DNA from: an uncultured delta proteobacterium
GTDB taxonomy: Bacteria > Myxococcota > B64-G9
Length of the DNA stretch: 64,000 nt
Direction of reading: 5' to 3'
NCBI GenBank assembly: GCA_963754925.1
Contig: CAVWHX010000004.1
Location: 288,001 to 352,000 of the forward strand
Shown here piece after piece: positions 21,390 to 30,954 of the stretch; positions within the stretch are counted from its first letter, which is position 1, and each line of letters starts with the position of its first letter. Under the pieces are notes generated by a model, which was not told the DNA's origin, ran no database searches, and saw only the letters and a program-made list of their open reading frames with translations. Made by a program: the position numbers and the translations under genes.

Positions 21390-21872
21390 ATGTTAATCAT
21401 GATTGAGAAATGGTACGATCGGCTTTTAGTTTTCCTTGGTTTGAATATATTACTTTGTGTTATTTGTTATATGCCCTTCCTTCTTGAACCTTACGATTCT
21501 TTAGCATTATTACCTTGGATATGTATACCACTCGTGGCTGTAATAGTTATTGGGCTTACAATCAAACAAACGATTCAAAGGATGGGGATTCTGCGTTTTT
21601 TGTTCATTTTTCTTACGGTTCTGATTTCAAATTGTGCTGTCTGGATTGTTCTCCTGGGGATAGCATTTTTTATTGTAGATAAGCTTACATCTTGGAATGC
21701 TGTTTTTATAGTTTTTATCTCACCAATAATGACTTCTTGGTCTCTGGCTTGTTTTATGTTGCTGGCACTTTGGCCTTTCACACCGAAATCAAGTAAATCC
21801 TCAAAACGTTGGAGTAAGATAGCTTCTTTTATAGTAAATGGCCCATCCAAGCACAAAAAGGAGCTAACGTGA
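21390..21872 (+). CDS. Hypothetical membrane protein (about 4 TM)
   Basis: GAGGAG RBS, four hydrophobic segments, very AT-rich, starts 3 bp after the corrected upstream stop. Confidence 0.65.
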   Translation: MLIMIEKWYDRLLVFLGLNILLCVICYMPFLLEPYDSLALLPWICIPLVAVIVIGLTIKQTIQRMGILRFLFIFLTVLISNCAVWIVLLGIAFFIVDKLTSWNAVFIVFISPIMTSWSLACFMLLALWPFTPKSSKSSKRWSKIASFIVNGPSKHKKELT

Positions 21873-22259
21873 AAACCGTATCAGCAAACTTCCTTATCAT
21901 TCAACCGAGCATGTTGTTACTGCCCCGATGTGGACTCTGGCTTGTCTAATGCTTTATAGAATTCGGATCCTTAACTGCTTACCACTCGTCATCCATTCCC
22001 TCCACTGCCAGTTTTTCTATACTCTCGAGAAGGAACCGTCTGTAGATCGTCCGAATCTTTGCCGGTGTTCCATCGTTCGACAATCAATCCTCGACGATTG
22101 CGTCTACAGGCACCCGACCGCCATTTGCATAATGTTCTTGGTCAGTCGCGCCGGCTCCCGGCTGTTGTCGAGCACCCATATGAATGTTTTCATCCATTGG
22201 AATGGCCGAAGACCAGATACCACGTAATGGTGATAATTAAACGGAGTTTTCGAGTGTCG

Positions 22260-23036
22260 TTAATTCACACCGCTACAATCCGGTGTTGCCGTCTCGATAG
22301 CTGTGAAATCACTAAGATCACATGAAGGGACTGGATCCAAACACGATCCGTTGCTCATGTCTTCAGAAGAGCAAGGCAACTCGGCGCCCTGGCCGCATAA
22401 AAACAAAGGCAACGGGTTATCTAAGGTGTCACTACTATGAATGAGGATATAAGCCCGGGAAACCGTTTCGTCCATGGGGGAAAAGTTTATTTTCAAATAA
22501 GTGCACTCATTCTTAGATAACACCACCGTACCGGGAGTTTCCCATTGAAGCCGATAGAATGCACAGGCGTCAGCATTGCCGTGGAACTCGGTTTTATCCG
22601 TGTAGACCTCTAAGTTGCCGCCCCCGGAATTGCAAATTGATGAACCAACTGTGTTGGGTGTGCGACAAAATGTACCTGTGCAAAACTCGCCTGTTTGAAC
22701 TGTGTTACAATCGTTTGACGTCTGGCATGATGTATGACACCAGCCATAATCGCATTCTGTTCCATTGCTGCAACTTGTAGGATTTTGATTTACTTCACAT
22801 TGCTGACAATAGCCATATAACAAGTGTTGAAGAGGGTTATCGCAACTCGGCGTACTGGTTGGACAACCGTTGGCAGGGCAGACGATTTCTTGGTCTTCTT
22901 CTCCGGAGATCAAACCATTCGACCCAACCATGACGCGTATGTTAAGATCTATTGCAATCTTGGCACGTTCACCACTCCCACAACCAACCACACCAGCGCA
23001 CACCGCTAATCCAACAATAATAAATATTTTTCGCAT
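22260..23036 (-). CDS. Cys-rich lipoprotein with a possible Ig-like (ASH / choice-of-anchor D-like) region
   Basis: GGAGG RBS, lipobox VVGC, many Cys, NSGGGNLEV and LIHSSD motifs. Confidence 0.65.
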   Translation of the reverse strand: MRKIFIIVGLAVCAGVVGCGSGERAKIAIDLNIRVMVGSNGLISGEEDQEIVCPANGCPTSTPSCDNPLQHLLYGYCQQCEVNQNPTSCSNGTECDYGWCHTSCQTSNDCNTVQTGEFCTGTFCRTPNTVGSSICNSGGGNLEVYTDKTEFHGNADACAFYRLQWETPGTVVLSKNECTYLKINFSPMDETVSRAYILIHSSDTLDNPLPLFLCGQGAELPCSSEDMSNGSCLDPVPSCDLSDFTAIETATPDCSGVN

Positions 23037-23418
23037 TCACGTACCTCCATAGTTGCGATGGCGGACATTCATAACGTTAATATTTTGAACTCTTGTTAAC
23101 GCTCTGTCAACTATTCGTATCTATTCTTATCATAACATATATCATCGTTATAATTGCCGAAATCAATAATGACATAACACCGATAATTTTCATGCTAACG
23201 TTATTATCGATAGCCGCTGGCTGCGTCTACGGCGCTCTACCGAAGAGCAGGCGATATATTTTTAACTGAATTTCTTTCTTGCCAAAGAAACCCGATGGTG
23301 TACTATCTCGCTGCAATTGAGGTTTTATAATAACAGAAGCAAAAAATAGGCAGGATGGTTCGATATCGGCAGTCGAAAAACGTAGCCGCGTTCTCTATGA
23401 AATCGCGAGGAGCATCGG

Positions 23419-24729
23419 ATGTATTGGCTCAGCAAGAGCTTCCATCTCATGAACCGCGCCAAACGGCGGATTCTCATATTCCTGGCCGTCCTCGGCCCCG
23501 GCATCATCACCATGGTGGCGGATAACGATGCCGGCGGGATAGCAACGTACTCGGTGACCGGCTCGCAGTACGGTTTTAAGCTTTTGTGGATTTTTTTCAT
23601 TCTCGTGCCCATGGCTTATTTTATCCAGGAAATGACCGTTCGCCTGGGGGCAGTCACCAAACGAGGTCACGCCGAAGCAATTTTCGAGGGATTTGGCAAG
23701 TTCTGGGGATGGTTCTCGCTCATCGATTTGGCCGTTGTCAATTGGCTCACGCTGGTTACCGAATACATCGGGATGACTGCGGCCATGAGCATGTTCGGGG
23801 TCCCCCCGTGGATTACGTATATTGGGGTGACCCTGATTCTGTTTTCTGTCGTCATCAGCGGAAAGTATTGGACGTTTGAAAAAATCACACTTTTTTTCTG
23901 CGTGTTCAACTTGGTTTACGTGCCGGCCGCCTTCTGGGCCATGAGCTCACCCACAGCACCTAGTTGGGGGGAAGTCGGAAAGGGGCTTCTCATACCAAGT
24001 CTAACCAGCAGCGCCACGGGAGCCCTGATATTTATACTTCTTGCCAATATCGGCACCACCATCACCCCCTGGCAGATATTCTTCCAGCAGAGCGCCGTTG
24101 TGGACAAGGGTATGGATATCCACGATATAAATTTTGGCAAGGTAGATACATTAGTCGGTTCTTTTCTCACCTGCCTGGTTGCGGCCTTCATCATCATCGC
24201 CACCGGCGCGGCCTTTTTCTATCATCAGCCCCCGATCGTAGTTGAGGACGCCAAACAAACCGCCGAGGCGCTGGTACCCCTCTTGCCGGGCGGTCATGGT
24301 GAGCTCGCCCGTAAACTCTTTGCCATCGGTCTTTTTGACGCCGGGTTCCTCGGGGCCCTCTGCATTTCATTATCCACCTCTTGGGCGGTCGGAGAGGTTT
24401 TCGGCTGGGCCCACTCCCTCAACCAACGAGTCAAGGATGCCCCTTGGTTTTATATAATCTATTTAGGAATACTTTTCACCTCGGGCGCCGTAGTGCTCAT
24501 TCCAGGGGCGCCGCTGATTACCATCACGATGTTTGTTCAGGTGGTTGCAGTTACGTTATTGCCGTCGGCGTTGGTGTTTTTGATTTTGATTTTAAACGAC
24601 ACATCCTTTATGGGTACCTACGTCAACAACCGAAGACAAAATATCGCCAACTGGTCGATTGTTATATTTGTCACCGTGATGTCAACCCTGTTCGCCGTCA
24701 GTACCCTGTTTCCGCAGTGGTTTGGATAG
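23419..24729 (+). CDS. NRAMP-family divalent cation transporter (Mg2+ type, NrmT-like)
   Basis: GPGIITMVADNDAGGIATYS, QEMTVRLG and IGTTITPWQIFFQQS motifs. Confidence 0.92.
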   Translation: MYWLSKSFHLMNRAKRRILIFLAVLGPGIITMVADNDAGGIATYSVTGSQYGFKLLWIFFILVPMAYFIQEMTVRLGAVTKRGHAEAIFEGFGKFWGWFSLIDLAVVNWLTLVTEYIGMTAAMSMFGVPPWITYIGVTLILFSVVISGKYWTFEKITLFFCVFNLVYVPAAFWAMSSPTAPSWGEVGKGLLIPSLTSSATGALIFILLANIGTTITPWQIFFQQSAVVDKGMDIHDINFGKVDTLVGSFLTCLVAAFIIIATGAAFFYHQPPIVVEDAKQTAEALVPLLPGGHGELARKLFAIGLFDAGFLGALCISLSTSWAVGEVFGWAHSLNQRVKDAPWFYIIYLGILFTSGAVVLIPGAPLITITMFVQVVAVTLLPSALVFLILILNDTSFMGTYVNNRRQNIANWSIVIFVTVMSTLFAVSTLFPQWFG

Positions 24730-24746
24730 CCGATCGGTAAGGAGTT

Positions 24747-26024
24747 ATGATGTCCACGCAATCTGAACAGACTAAGAAGGTCTATGATCCCGCCCTGGGG
24801 GTCGGCGACTTCAGGTTCCTGTACTTTTCACAACTCCTCAAGAGACCGGTATGCGCCGGCAAGATCAAGGACCGGCTGGGAAAAGTTGCCGACCTGGTTT
24901 TCACCGTCAAAGAACCCTACCCGGAGGCGGCCGGCATCTACCTCGAGTTCGGTTGGGGCAAGCCCACGCAATTGGTTCCCTGGGACCGTGTATTGCGCAT
25001 AGAGGATGACGCCATCTTTGTAAAACCCCCCGATGAGGGCGACCGCTATAAACCGTTTGTCGACCAGCCTGGTTGGATCTTGCTCGACAAACATCTCATC
25101 GGGAGGACCATCCTCGACATGGATGGCAGGCGTATCGAGGTCGTCAACGACGTGCACCTGCTCGAAGCTAAAGGGCACTTGCTCTTGGTTCATGTCGATT
25201 CCTCGTTCAATGGTCTGCTGCGGCGTTGGCGGCTTGGCAGTCAATTGATTAAAGACAACCTGATCTCCTGGAAATATGTCCAACCGTTGTCGTTAGAGGA
25301 CGCAATCGCCACCGATAAGGTTTCATTGTCGGTTACGAGAAGGCAGCTCAAAGAGTTGCCCCCTGAAGACCTGGCCGATGCGCTGGAGCAGCTCGGGGGT
25401 GAGGAACAAGAAGCTCTGTTCTCCGCACTGGATTCCGAAAAGGCGGCCGAAACCCTCGTTGAGGCTGAGCCGCGGGCCCAGCGTCAACTTATTGCCAACT
25501 TACGACAGGAACGCGCCCGCCAGATTCTTTCCGAGATGAGCATTCCGCAGCTGGCCAGCCTTTTCAGCGTGATTCCCCATGACGATATGACGGAACTCCA
25601 GGCGCTCCTTTCGTCAGACCGCGCCCAGCGCATCAAGGAGATCTTATCAGCGCGCGAGGCCAAGGCCGGCAATATGATGAGCCAAGAATTTGTAACCTTT
25701 CAAAAGGAGGTCACGGTCGGCGAAGTTCTCCAGAATCTCCGCTCATCCCGCCACAATCCCAAGAACATTTCATATATTTATGTGGTGACGAGCTCAGAGA
25801 ATTTCCTCCAGGGCGTAGTGGATCTGCGCGATTTAGTGTTGGCGCAAGACAACCTCACGCTCGGCGACCTGATGGTCTCTCCGGTGGTTTCGGCCGAGGA
25901 GGACGACACCCAGGATGATCTCATCGAGCTCTTCGCCAAATATCATTATCGCATGGTGCCGGTGGTCGATCCCCAGGATCGTATTCGCGGCATTATCCGG
26001 CATAATGATCTTACTAAGAACTAA
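24747..26024 (+). CDS. PRC-barrel / MgtE N-domain / CBS-pair protein
   Basis: ILDMDGRRIEVVNDV, ELPPEDLADALEQL and C-terminal CBS pair (YIYVV...GVVDLRDL; VPVVD...GII). No MgtE membrane domain. Confidence 0.88.
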   Translation: MMSTQSEQTKKVYDPALGVGDFRFLYFSQLLKRPVCAGKIKDRLGKVADLVFTVKEPYPEAAGIYLEFGWGKPTQLVPWDRVLRIEDDAIFVKPPDEGDRYKPFVDQPGWILLDKHLIGRTILDMDGRRIEVVNDVHLLEAKGHLLLVHVDSSFNGLLRRWRLGSQLIKDNLISWKYVQPLSLEDAIATDKVSLSVTRRQLKELPPEDLADALEQLGGEEQEALFSALDSEKAAETLVEAEPRAQRQLIANLRQERARQILSEMSIPQLASLFSVIPHDDMTELQALLSSDRAQRIKEILSAREAKAGNMMSQEFVTFQKEVTVGEVLQNLRSSRHNPKNISYIYVVTSSENFLQGVVDLRDLVLAQDNLTLGDLMVSPVVSAEEDDTQDDLIELFAKYHYRMVPVVDPQDRIRGIIRHNDLTKN

Positions 26025-26048
26025 TAGTATTCGAGAAGAGGTGCCCGC

Positions 26049-26162
26049 ATGCCTCGCATAACCATGACCCCCACCGTGAAGGTGGCGCTTTACTTTCTTC
26101 GGTTCTATCTCATCATGCTGCTTGCCCTGATTATCTTTCGGTTTTTGCAGGAACTTCAATGA
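26049..26162 (+). CDS. 37-aa single-TM protein, absent from the ORF track
   Basis: GAGGTG RBS; MPRITMTPTVKVALYFLRFYLIMLLALIIFRFLQELQ; fills the gap after the CBS gene. Confidence 0.65.
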   Translation: MPRITMTPTVKVALYFLRFYLIMLLALIIFRFLQELQ

Positions 26163-26178
26163 AACTAAATAGATGCCG

Positions 26179-27573
26179 TTATTCCTCGTCCCCTCGTGGC
26201 TTCTTCTCAGGCGGCGAAAGCCCATGCTTTTCGAGGAGAGAATAGAGATGCTTACGGTCAATGCCGGCTTCGCGGGCCGCTCCCGCCACGCCGCCCGAAG
26301 CGCGCGCGAGCAACCGTTTGAGGTATTCGCTTTCAAAGGCTTCGACGAGATGCTCCTTGGCCTCCTTAAACGGTATCGCGTAGTCTGGTATCAGCGCACC
26401 GGGAGACGCCCCTATTCCGGCACCCGCGCTCGACTGACGCGTGCCGTCCGGTGCGCCGGGGAAACACTCCCCATCGAGAGCCTGGCTGCGCTCGACCGCG
26501 TTACGCAATTCGCGCACGTTGCCTGGCCAGGAGTGGTTCAAGAAGCGCTCGCGGTTTGCGGCCGGCAACTCGTCAAAGCGCGCCGCGGTATCCCCGGCAA
26601 AGTGTTCGTAGAGCACAGGAATGTCTTCGGGCCGCTCCCGCAGCGCCGGCAAGTGAATGGTGACCACCGAGAGGCGGTAGTAGAGATCCTCGCGGAAACG
26701 ACCGGCCGCCACCTCCATCCATAGATCCTTCTTGGAGGCCGCCACGACGCGCGCGTTGAAAGAAACCGATTGGTTGGAACCCAACCGGACAAACACCCGC
26801 TCCTCTAATGCGCGCAGCAACTTCGGCTGCAAATCCATCGGCAAGTCGTCGAGCTCATCTAAAAAAAGGGTCCCGCCGTCGCTGGTTTCCAACGCGCCCT
26901 TACGCGGAGCGCTCGCCCCGGTAAAGGCGCCCTTGACATGGCCGAACAACTCGCTCTCAATCAGATTGCGCGCCACGGCCCCGCAATCGACCGTGATAAG
27001 CGGCCCGTTCGTGCGCGGGCTCTGTTCATGCAGCGCGGCAACGGCCGCGCCTTTTCCGGTACCGGTTTCACCAAGCAGCAGCACGGTGGCGTCGAGGGGC
27101 GCGACCTTCTCGAGTAGGGCAAAGATCTCCCGCATGCGCACCGATCGGCCCAGCATGGTGCCAAAGCGTTCGCGCTCGGAGGGCGCAATCCGCACGGGGT
27201 CGTAACCGGCCTGAAAACGTAAAACCACTCCGCCGGCTTTAACGAGCGCCCCGGGACGCAGGTAGGCCTCGCGTACCCGGGCGCCGTCGAGCTCGGTTCC
27301 ATTCGTGCTCTCGAGGTCTTTGATCAAATACCGGCCGCCCTCGGAGATGATCTCAAAATGTTGGCGGCTGACGGTGAGGTCCGGAATACACAAGTCGCAG
27401 TCGGGGCTCTTGCCCACCACCAGCCGATCGCCGGTTATGGCGTGCACCGCGCCCGGGTGAGGTCCTTCGACCTCGACCAGATTGCAACGCTGTAAGCTGA
27501 GACCGGAATAGCTCTCGGCGCGTATCGCGTGGGTTGAGGTCGTAGCCTTTGAAAATTTTTTTTCATTGGACAT
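26179..27573 (-). CDS. FHA-domain sigma54-dependent transcriptional activator (bEBP)
   Basis: FHA motifs (VGKS, VSRQH, STNGT), Walker A GETGTGK, ESELFGHVKGAFTGA, FLDE, WPGNVRELRN and a C-terminal HTH. Confidence 0.95.
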   Translation of the reverse strand: MSNEKKFSKATTSTHAIRAESYSGLSLQRCNLVEVEGPHPGAVHAITGDRLVVGKSPDCDLCIPDLTVSRQHFEIISEGGRYLIKDLESTNGTELDGARVREAYLRPGALVKAGGVVLRFQAGYDPVRIAPSERERFGTMLGRSVRMREIFALLEKVAPLDATVLLLGETGTGKGAAVAALHEQSPRTNGPLITVDCGAVARNLIESELFGHVKGAFTGASAPRKGALETSDGGTLFLDELDDLPMDLQPKLLRALEERVFVRLGSNQSVSFNARVVAASKKDLWMEVAAGRFREDLYYRLSVVTIHLPALRERPEDIPVLYEHFAGDTAARFDELPAANRERFLNHSWPGNVRELRNAVERSQALDGECFPGAPDGTRQSSAGAGIGASPGALIPDYAIPFKEAKEHLVEAFESEYLKRLLARASGGVAGAAREAGIDRKHLYSLLEKHGLSPPEKKPRGDEE

Positions 27574-27914
27574 GGCTTAAGGCAAGTATAGGCAAGCCGT
27601 GCAATAGTGTAAAGAACTGATACCGAGCGATGCTCGGTAGCGTCCTAATTTGAATTATCCTAAAATATAGGAGGTAGTGGGTAGTTTTGGGTTCTCCAGA
27701 CGTTGATCCTTACTCCGGCTCTGCTCCAGGTCAGCTTTGTTATTTTTTCCCTTTCCACACTCGGGCGCGCATTATAGCTAGCGTTCGCCCATCCGCTCTG
27801 CTCTCTCAAAGACTGGACGGTACATGGACATTTGAAGTCGATTTGACGCAACTATGAGTGCCACGGGCGGAGCGCTGGGGAACAGCAGAAAGCCTAAGAA
27901 GGGCCACGCCACCT

Positions 27915-28132
27915 TCGGCTTGATTTATAAATCCGACTGCAGCAACTGCGCGCTGTTCATGACGAAAAATGGCTTCGATATCTCTACCACCATCAGGTCA
28001 GCCTCGCAGGTGTCTTGGGCGAACCTCAGAGAATCTCTTGTCAATCGACAGTATCGCGAGACACATTTGTTCACGATGCAATTGATTCGTGTCGAGATAA
28101 CTCTTCAGTCTCTCATCAGTTTGATATGGCAT
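27915..28132 (-). pseudogene. Remnant of a restriction-endonuclease-like (Mrr-like PD-(D/E)xK) gene
   Basis: Hand translation MPYQTDERLKSYLDTNQLHREQMCLAILSIDKRFSEVRPRHLRG*PDGGRDIEAIFR...GFINQA, with an in-frame TGA at 27998-28000. Confidence 0.5.
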
Positions 28133-28427
28133 CAAGTCCCCATCAATTTTTATCAACGCGAAGCCGGTCGGTTTGCGTTAAAACATTTTTCTTGAATAAG
28201 TTAGTTTGTTTTACATCGACAAAATGTGGCCCAAATTGCACCTCTTTCATCTCCCTTTCTTGCGCTGATCAAAGCGACCAGAGCTCAAAAACCTTTACGA
28301 CTTAAAAACCAACCTTGCAATTATCTTTTTTTACCCGATAGCGGGGGAATCAACCATTAGGGGATTTCTTTCCGAGGGGCTTTGTAGGGCAACTGACACA
28401 TGCCTCCTACGTCGTCCAAAATCATAA

Positions 28428-28869
28428 CTACACATAATTGTTGAGTTGTAATATCTTCAGCCCAGAGATTTGGGGGAGATCTCGGTCGTTGGTTATTAGG
28501 GTCGTGCATCCGCAACGCAAAGCCGTCGCGATCTGGATCGCATCAGGCATTTTTACATACGACATCGCCCGGAGATAGGCGGCCTCTTTTAAGACGAACC
28601 GATCAATATCCACCAGGTGAAGTCCCTTGCTCCGTGACAAAAATTCCTCGTACTTTTGAGCCAGCCCAGGGTTGTTGTTGCGGAATGGAATCACCCATAC
28701 TTCGGCCAAAGTTTAATGCCGAGGTAAAGGCTTGGAGCTTGCCTTGAGCAATACCATGGAAAACCGACTCGACCACCGACAAATACTCTTTATGCTCCTC
28801 GATAAAATATATAAATGGGGCGGTATCCAGATAGGCGGGGCCTTTGCCCAGATCTTTGGTTAATCCCAT
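28428..28869 (-). CDS. VapC/PIN-domain toxin; frameshift at ~28713
   Basis: YLDTAPFIYFIE, TSAL-TLAEV after removing one base, and KMPDAIQIATA...ITND. Confidence 0.85.
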
Positions 28870-29090
28870 GAGTCACGCTCGGTCCGAACGTGAGCAGCGG
28901 CGTCTACCTCGCGCCAGATTTCCTTCCCGAGACCCCGGAGGCCCAGAATGGACATCGATTCTTTCTCTTCCAGGGCATTTCGAAGAATGTAGATCACCTG
29001 TTGCGACACGGAGCGATTTTCTTTCTTTGAAAGAACCCGGATCTTCTTGTAAAGCCTATCGGGAAAACTCTTTACGTTGAGTACAGCCAT
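28860..29090 (-). CDS. Arc/RHH (FitA-like) antitoxin
   Basis: MAVLNVKSFPDRLYKKIRVLSKKENRSVSQQVIYIL; GGAGG RBS; overlaps the PIN gene start. Confidence 0.85.
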   Translation of the reverse strand: MAVLNVKSFPDRLYKKIRVLSKKENRSVSQQVIYILRNALEEKESMSILGLRGLGKEIWREVDAAAHVRTERDSWD

Positions 29091-29221
29091 TGATCCTCCT
29101 TCTTCCTCCATTTTGGAGTAATTTTTCAAATTGTCAAGATTATAATTTAGTAACTAAATTAAACACTACCCAATGCCCTCTCTATTTGTTAGCAACGCTT
29201 TCCTGTGCTAGATTCCTTCCT

Positions 29222-30247
29222 ATGATACCTAACGAACCCCTCGAATCAGCCGTGGTCGAACGCGCCCATGGCGCCGGAGGCCGGGCAACCGGTCGATTAA
29301 TCCGGGACCTCTTCCTCAAACATTTGGGCAATCCCGAATTGGCGCGACTCAACGACGGGGCGATAATCGCTCTCTCGGGAGACCTCGCTTTTTCAACCGA
29401 CGCCTTCGTGGTCGAGCCGCTGGAGTTTCCCGGAGGCGACATCGGCACGTTGGCGGTGTGTGGAACGGTTAACGACATCGCCATGTGCGGCGCTCTCCCG
29501 CGCTTTCTTTCAGCAGCGTTTATATTGGAAGAGGGTTTGCCGCTGTCGCTTCTCGAGCGCCTCGTCACCAGCATGGCTGCGGAGAGCCGCAAAGCTGGCG
29601 TGGCGATAGTAACCGGCGACACGAAAGTGCTCCCCCGCGGCCGGGGCGACGGCGTATTTATTGCCACCAGCGGGGTGGGTGTACGGTTACCCGGCGTCGA
29701 GGTTAGCGGGGATCGAGCCCGTCCCGGCGACCGCATCCTGGTCAGCGGTCCGGTTGGCGATCACGGCGCCACCATTATGGCCGTGCGAGCCGGGATCAAT
29801 TTGACCGGCAGCCTTCGTTCAGATTGCGCTTCGGTGGCGAAGCTAACGCTTGATCTCCTCACGCGCTTTCCAGCCGTTCATTGCTTGCGCGATCCAACCC
29901 GAGGCGGGCTCGCGGCTGTGCTCAACGAGTTCGCCGCGGCTTCGGGTGTAGGGATCTGGGTTGACGAGCGCGCCGTTCCGATCGCGCCCGACACCCGCGT
30001 CGCCTGCGAACTGCTTGGACTGGATCCACTCCACCTCGCCTGCGAAGGTCGATTTGTGGCGGTTGTACCCCAAGAACTGGCGGTTCATGCACTGGCTTTG
30101 TTACGAAGCCTGCCGGGAGGAGAAGGCGCCGCCGATATTGGTGATGTTCGTCCCGAACCATCCGGCCAGGTCATTTTAATAACCACCATAGGCGGTAGCC
30201 GGTTGCTAGACCAGCCAGAGGGCGAGCCCCTTCCCCGCATTTGTTAA
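29222..30247 (+). CDS. hypE: Hydrogenase maturation protein HypE
   Basis: AHGAGG, FPGGDIGTLAVCGTVND, TGDTKV, RDPTRGG, LACEG and C-terminal PRIC. Confidence 0.95.
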   Translation: MIPNEPLESAVVERAHGAGGRATGRLIRDLFLKHLGNPELARLNDGAIIALSGDLAFSTDAFVVEPLEFPGGDIGTLAVCGTVNDIAMCGALPRFLSAAFILEEGLPLSLLERLVTSMAAESRKAGVAIVTGDTKVLPRGRGDGVFIATSGVGVRLPGVEVSGDRARPGDRILVSGPVGDHGATIMAVRAGINLTGSLRSDCASVAKLTLDLLTRFPAVHCLRDPTRGGLAAVLNEFAAASGVGIWVDERAVPIAPDTRVACELLGLDPLHLACEGRFVAVVPQELAVHALALLRSLPGGEGAADIGDVRPEPSGQVILITTIGGSRLLDQPEGEPLPRIC

Positions 30248-30324
30248 CAACTAGTAGCATCTACTATTTCATATTGAACTCTGCGGCCTCTAACCCGTTA
30301 TTGCCCTGGGTAAGATACATATCC

Positions 30325-30422
30325 TGGGTCAAAAAAGACCTCAAAAACACCTCCCGGATCACAATTAATAATATTATAACTACTTGATTTTGTTGCTTTG
30401 ATAAAATGGCATAAGAATTGTA
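30325..30422 (+). promoter_or_regulatory. sigma54-like promoter architecture (palindrome, IHF site, -24/-12)
   Basis: GGTC-A6-GACC palindrome; TAACTACTTGATT (reverse complement AATCAAGTAGTTA = IHF consensus) at 30377-30389; TGGC-ATAAGAA-TTGT at 30407 with a non-consensus -12. Confidence 0.4.
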
Positions 30423-30699
30423 GATAATATTTTCGGCCGGAAAAATCTACGGAGTGATCGTGAGACCGCAGCCGATTTTTAGACATGCCGTCCTTATTCT
30501 GGTAGTCTTCCACACCCCTGACCAGATAAAGGATGCGGACGGTTTCAAATCTATTGAGACCGAAGGGCGACAACTAATTCCAATCGCGCTGGGGGATTCC
30601 GCTTGTGCGATCGCGCGATCACAGTAGGCCGGCCAATTTTAAAAATACTCTGCTAGTCCGAAGCAGGTTGCCCCAATAAAGATAATACCCACCTTTCAC

Positions 30700-30748
30700 C
30701 CCCTTCTTCCTCTTAAGGAGAGGGTGGCGCTTTCGCGCGGGTGACGGG
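30700..30748. repeat. REP-like palindromic element, family B, degenerate copy
   Basis: GGAGAGGGTGGCGC...GCGCGGGTGACGGG resembles the reverse complement of 57830-57861. Confidence 0.55.
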
Positions 30749-30954
30749 TTTTTTGAGTTTTACTACACCCTCGTCAGGGAAGAAGGGATTAAGTATTTCC
30801 CTCTCGCAACCTTGAGGCAGCTCGCTTTTCCCCCCTACGAAAAATGCTCTTGCGTCTTTTAATCAGAGTTGTCTAAAGTCTATCCGTTGATCGGCGAGCA
30901 AATTAACCGCATATCAAACAGAGCGTTAGGCAAAAGCCTGGATCGCGAATCGTT

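Noticed and set aside
21900..22250. Possible gene remnant on the minus strand
   Set aside because: Only short, broken frames with no recognisable family.
23200..23418. M-box (ykoK) riboswitch upstream of the NRAMP gene
   Set aside because: Expected from context, but the conserved M-box segments were not found.
27621..27639. Perfect 8-bp hairpin TACCGAGC-GAT-GCTCGGTA upstream of the FHA activator
   Set aside because: Single short palindrome; operator, repeat and chance cannot be distinguished.
28384..28410. GTAG-type REP-like palindrome (GTAGGGCA...TGCCTCCTAC)
   Set aside because: Single degenerate copy in the window; not enough support.
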